Assembly (NCBI RefSeq): GCF_004010195.1
Contig: NC_057734.1
Location: forward strand, 13,755,741-13,819,740
Length of the DNA: 64,000 nt
Reading direction: 5' to 3'
From: Chiloscyllium plagiosum
Lineage: Eukaryota
A model generated the notes under the pieces. It did no database searches. It worked only from the letters and a program-made list of their open reading frames with translations, and had not been told where the DNA came from. A program made the position numbers and the translations under genes. This document shows, one piece after another, positions 62,061 through 64,000 of this stretch (the stretch's first letter is position 1; every line of letters begins with the position of its first letter).

Positions 62061-64000
62061 AACAGTTTTTAATATATATTAAAATATTTTATAAATACTG
62101 AACAAGTCAGAGCACAGCAGCACAATGAGATGTCTGGATTACTATTTTAGTCACTGCCCAGGATATTGTCAGTTTCAGTAATGGCATGATACAGTGCTTC
62201 TTTACCCCCAGAAGTTTCAGCTTAAACATGCCTAATGGTGTGCCAAAATTTATGTTGTAGATTTGAAAGAGATATATTTTTTATCCTTTATCTAAAGTGA
62301 TGTAACAATTATTCTTCATCTATACCTGGCAAATGAAATTGATAGGAAATGATTTTAACCATTTTTTAAATTTCATATTTGTATTATGTCCTTTTAAATA
62401 AAACATCCTATTGCACTATACAGCATGTATCATCAAATAACATGTGGCCTCAAGCGACATAAGGAGACATCAAGGCAGGAAAAAAATGGGTGAAGACTTC
62501 AGTTTTAACTGGTGTCTTAAGAGAAAAGAGATGTTTAAGGAGAAATTTCCAGTGCTAAGGCCCTGTGAAGCTGAAAGCATGGCCACCCAGTGATTAAAAC
62601 TGGCTATGTTTGAGGCCAGAATTGGGTTTTGGGACTAGAAGAGATAACATAAGTAGGGATTTAATGATCGTGGTGGGTTAGAATACAAGAATGAGAATTT
62701 TAAAACATGTTCTCTGGTTAATCAGGGCCAGTGTAGAACATCAAGGCATCCACGAAGGTAACCTGGTATAAGTTAGGATCTGAGCAACAGGGGCTTGGTT
62801 AAATATGATGCCATGTTTGCAAACAATCTAGTTCAGCCTCAGCAATTGCCAGGGTGAGAGATTGAGTGTAGCGATAAGGGATTAGTGTTTGTAATTTTAG
62901 GTAAGAGTGTTTTTGGTAATGTGAGACTAGCAGAAATCTTTTAGAATGATTCAACATGGGAGTTCTGGGAAAGATAAGTAAGCATTTGAGAGGCAACAAC
63001 ACATTCAAAGACTTTGGAAAGGAAGGGATATGGAATAACAGTTTGTAATGATATTGTTACTTTTGAATAGAAAGTGATAGCAAGAAGTTCATAATTGGTT
63101 GCTGAAAAATACACAAGAGCATCCTATAATTTTTTGTGTGTGGGAGAAATGATGTTACTTTTTTCTATAACAGCACTGTTGATTATATGGAAAATATGCC
63201 TGCCTGAAGTACGTTTCTTGATATTTTGCTGTAACCTGCCAAACCCCTCATATTGCTGCTGTCGATTTCATTATTTAAGGCCTAAAGCACTAGTGAAGGC
63301 TTTTACTCACTTTCTTCTTGTATATTCTGCAGCACTTTGATCTTTAATTTGCTGGTTTTTGCTGTGGGTGAGCAATCGTAAGACTTCTGAACTGATTTTT
63401 GCCTCAGCTTATGGCAGAGTAATTTATTAATGCAAAGTCTATTGATTGCTTAAAGTAAACAGTCTATAACTTTTCCTTTCACCAAGGAATGTATTTTAAA
63501 CAGTTTCACGCTGTGTATCTTGTTGAATCTTCCTGCATTAGCTTTAATTCTTTTCTGGAATGTATAAAACCATCAATATCTGAATTGTCTTATATATGGT
63601 TTTACTAGATATTGAGTCTGAGGACCCTTGATTAAAGAAATGTGATTAAATGTAAACAAGGATTCTTCTTTGGTTCAATTGATGAAAAGGAGCTGAATGA
63701 ATCTGACGCATGTTCTGATATTAAACAGGTGTGAAAGTAGGAATGTAAAATCAACTCATATATTTGGATGGCAGAATGGAAATCAGCCAAAGTTTGTCCT
63801 TCTGATAAGCACTCCTAGAGTGGAAGACAATATCAGACATGAATGTGATGGCATATCACTGGCTGGGCCAGCATTTATTGCCCATACCTAGTTGCACCTC
63901 GAGAAGGTTTTGGTGTTAGTGAGTTTTCGGAAGATTTTTAGCTCAGGTTGAGGTGTTGGTGTGCTGCCTTCTTCAAACACTGCAGTCTATGTGCCGTAGG

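Noticed and set aside
57053-64000. MORC2 exon 3 (expected DADATRIDIYA-like)
   Set aside because: No matching exon found by eye; it probably lies beyond the window

Overview
Vertebrate genomic DNA, very likely elasmobranch (shark), inferred from HE1-type V-SINEs, HER1/CR1 LINEs, Deu-domain SINEs and abundant Penelope-like elements (PLEs). It is AT-rich and repeat-dense with two CpG-rich promoter regions (~1.1-1.4 kb and ~42.1-42.9 kb). Two + strand spliced genes were reconstructed by hand. (1) A complete six-coding-exon, 313-aa, two-TM TMEM248/TMEM219-family gene (CDS 18521-29419) with a probable non-coding first exon ending at 1281. (2) The first two coding exons of MORC2 (42701-42768, 56999-57052); the rest lies beyond the window. 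The most distinctive structure is a set of PLE insertions (Poseidon-like, Neptune-like and ~200-bp palindromic derivatives) carrying minimal hammerhead-ribozyme motifs and a shared signature of 12-15 bp TSDs plus an inverted arm with a ~35-41 nt 3' extension. Also notable: a TSD-flanked chimera of a SINE head and a CCHC zinc-knuckle ORF fragment, and a possible divergent spliced lncRNA in the TUG1-syntenic position. Nearly all ORFs in the supplied track are retroelement debris. Repeat family names and boundaries are from recalled consensus features, not database searches.
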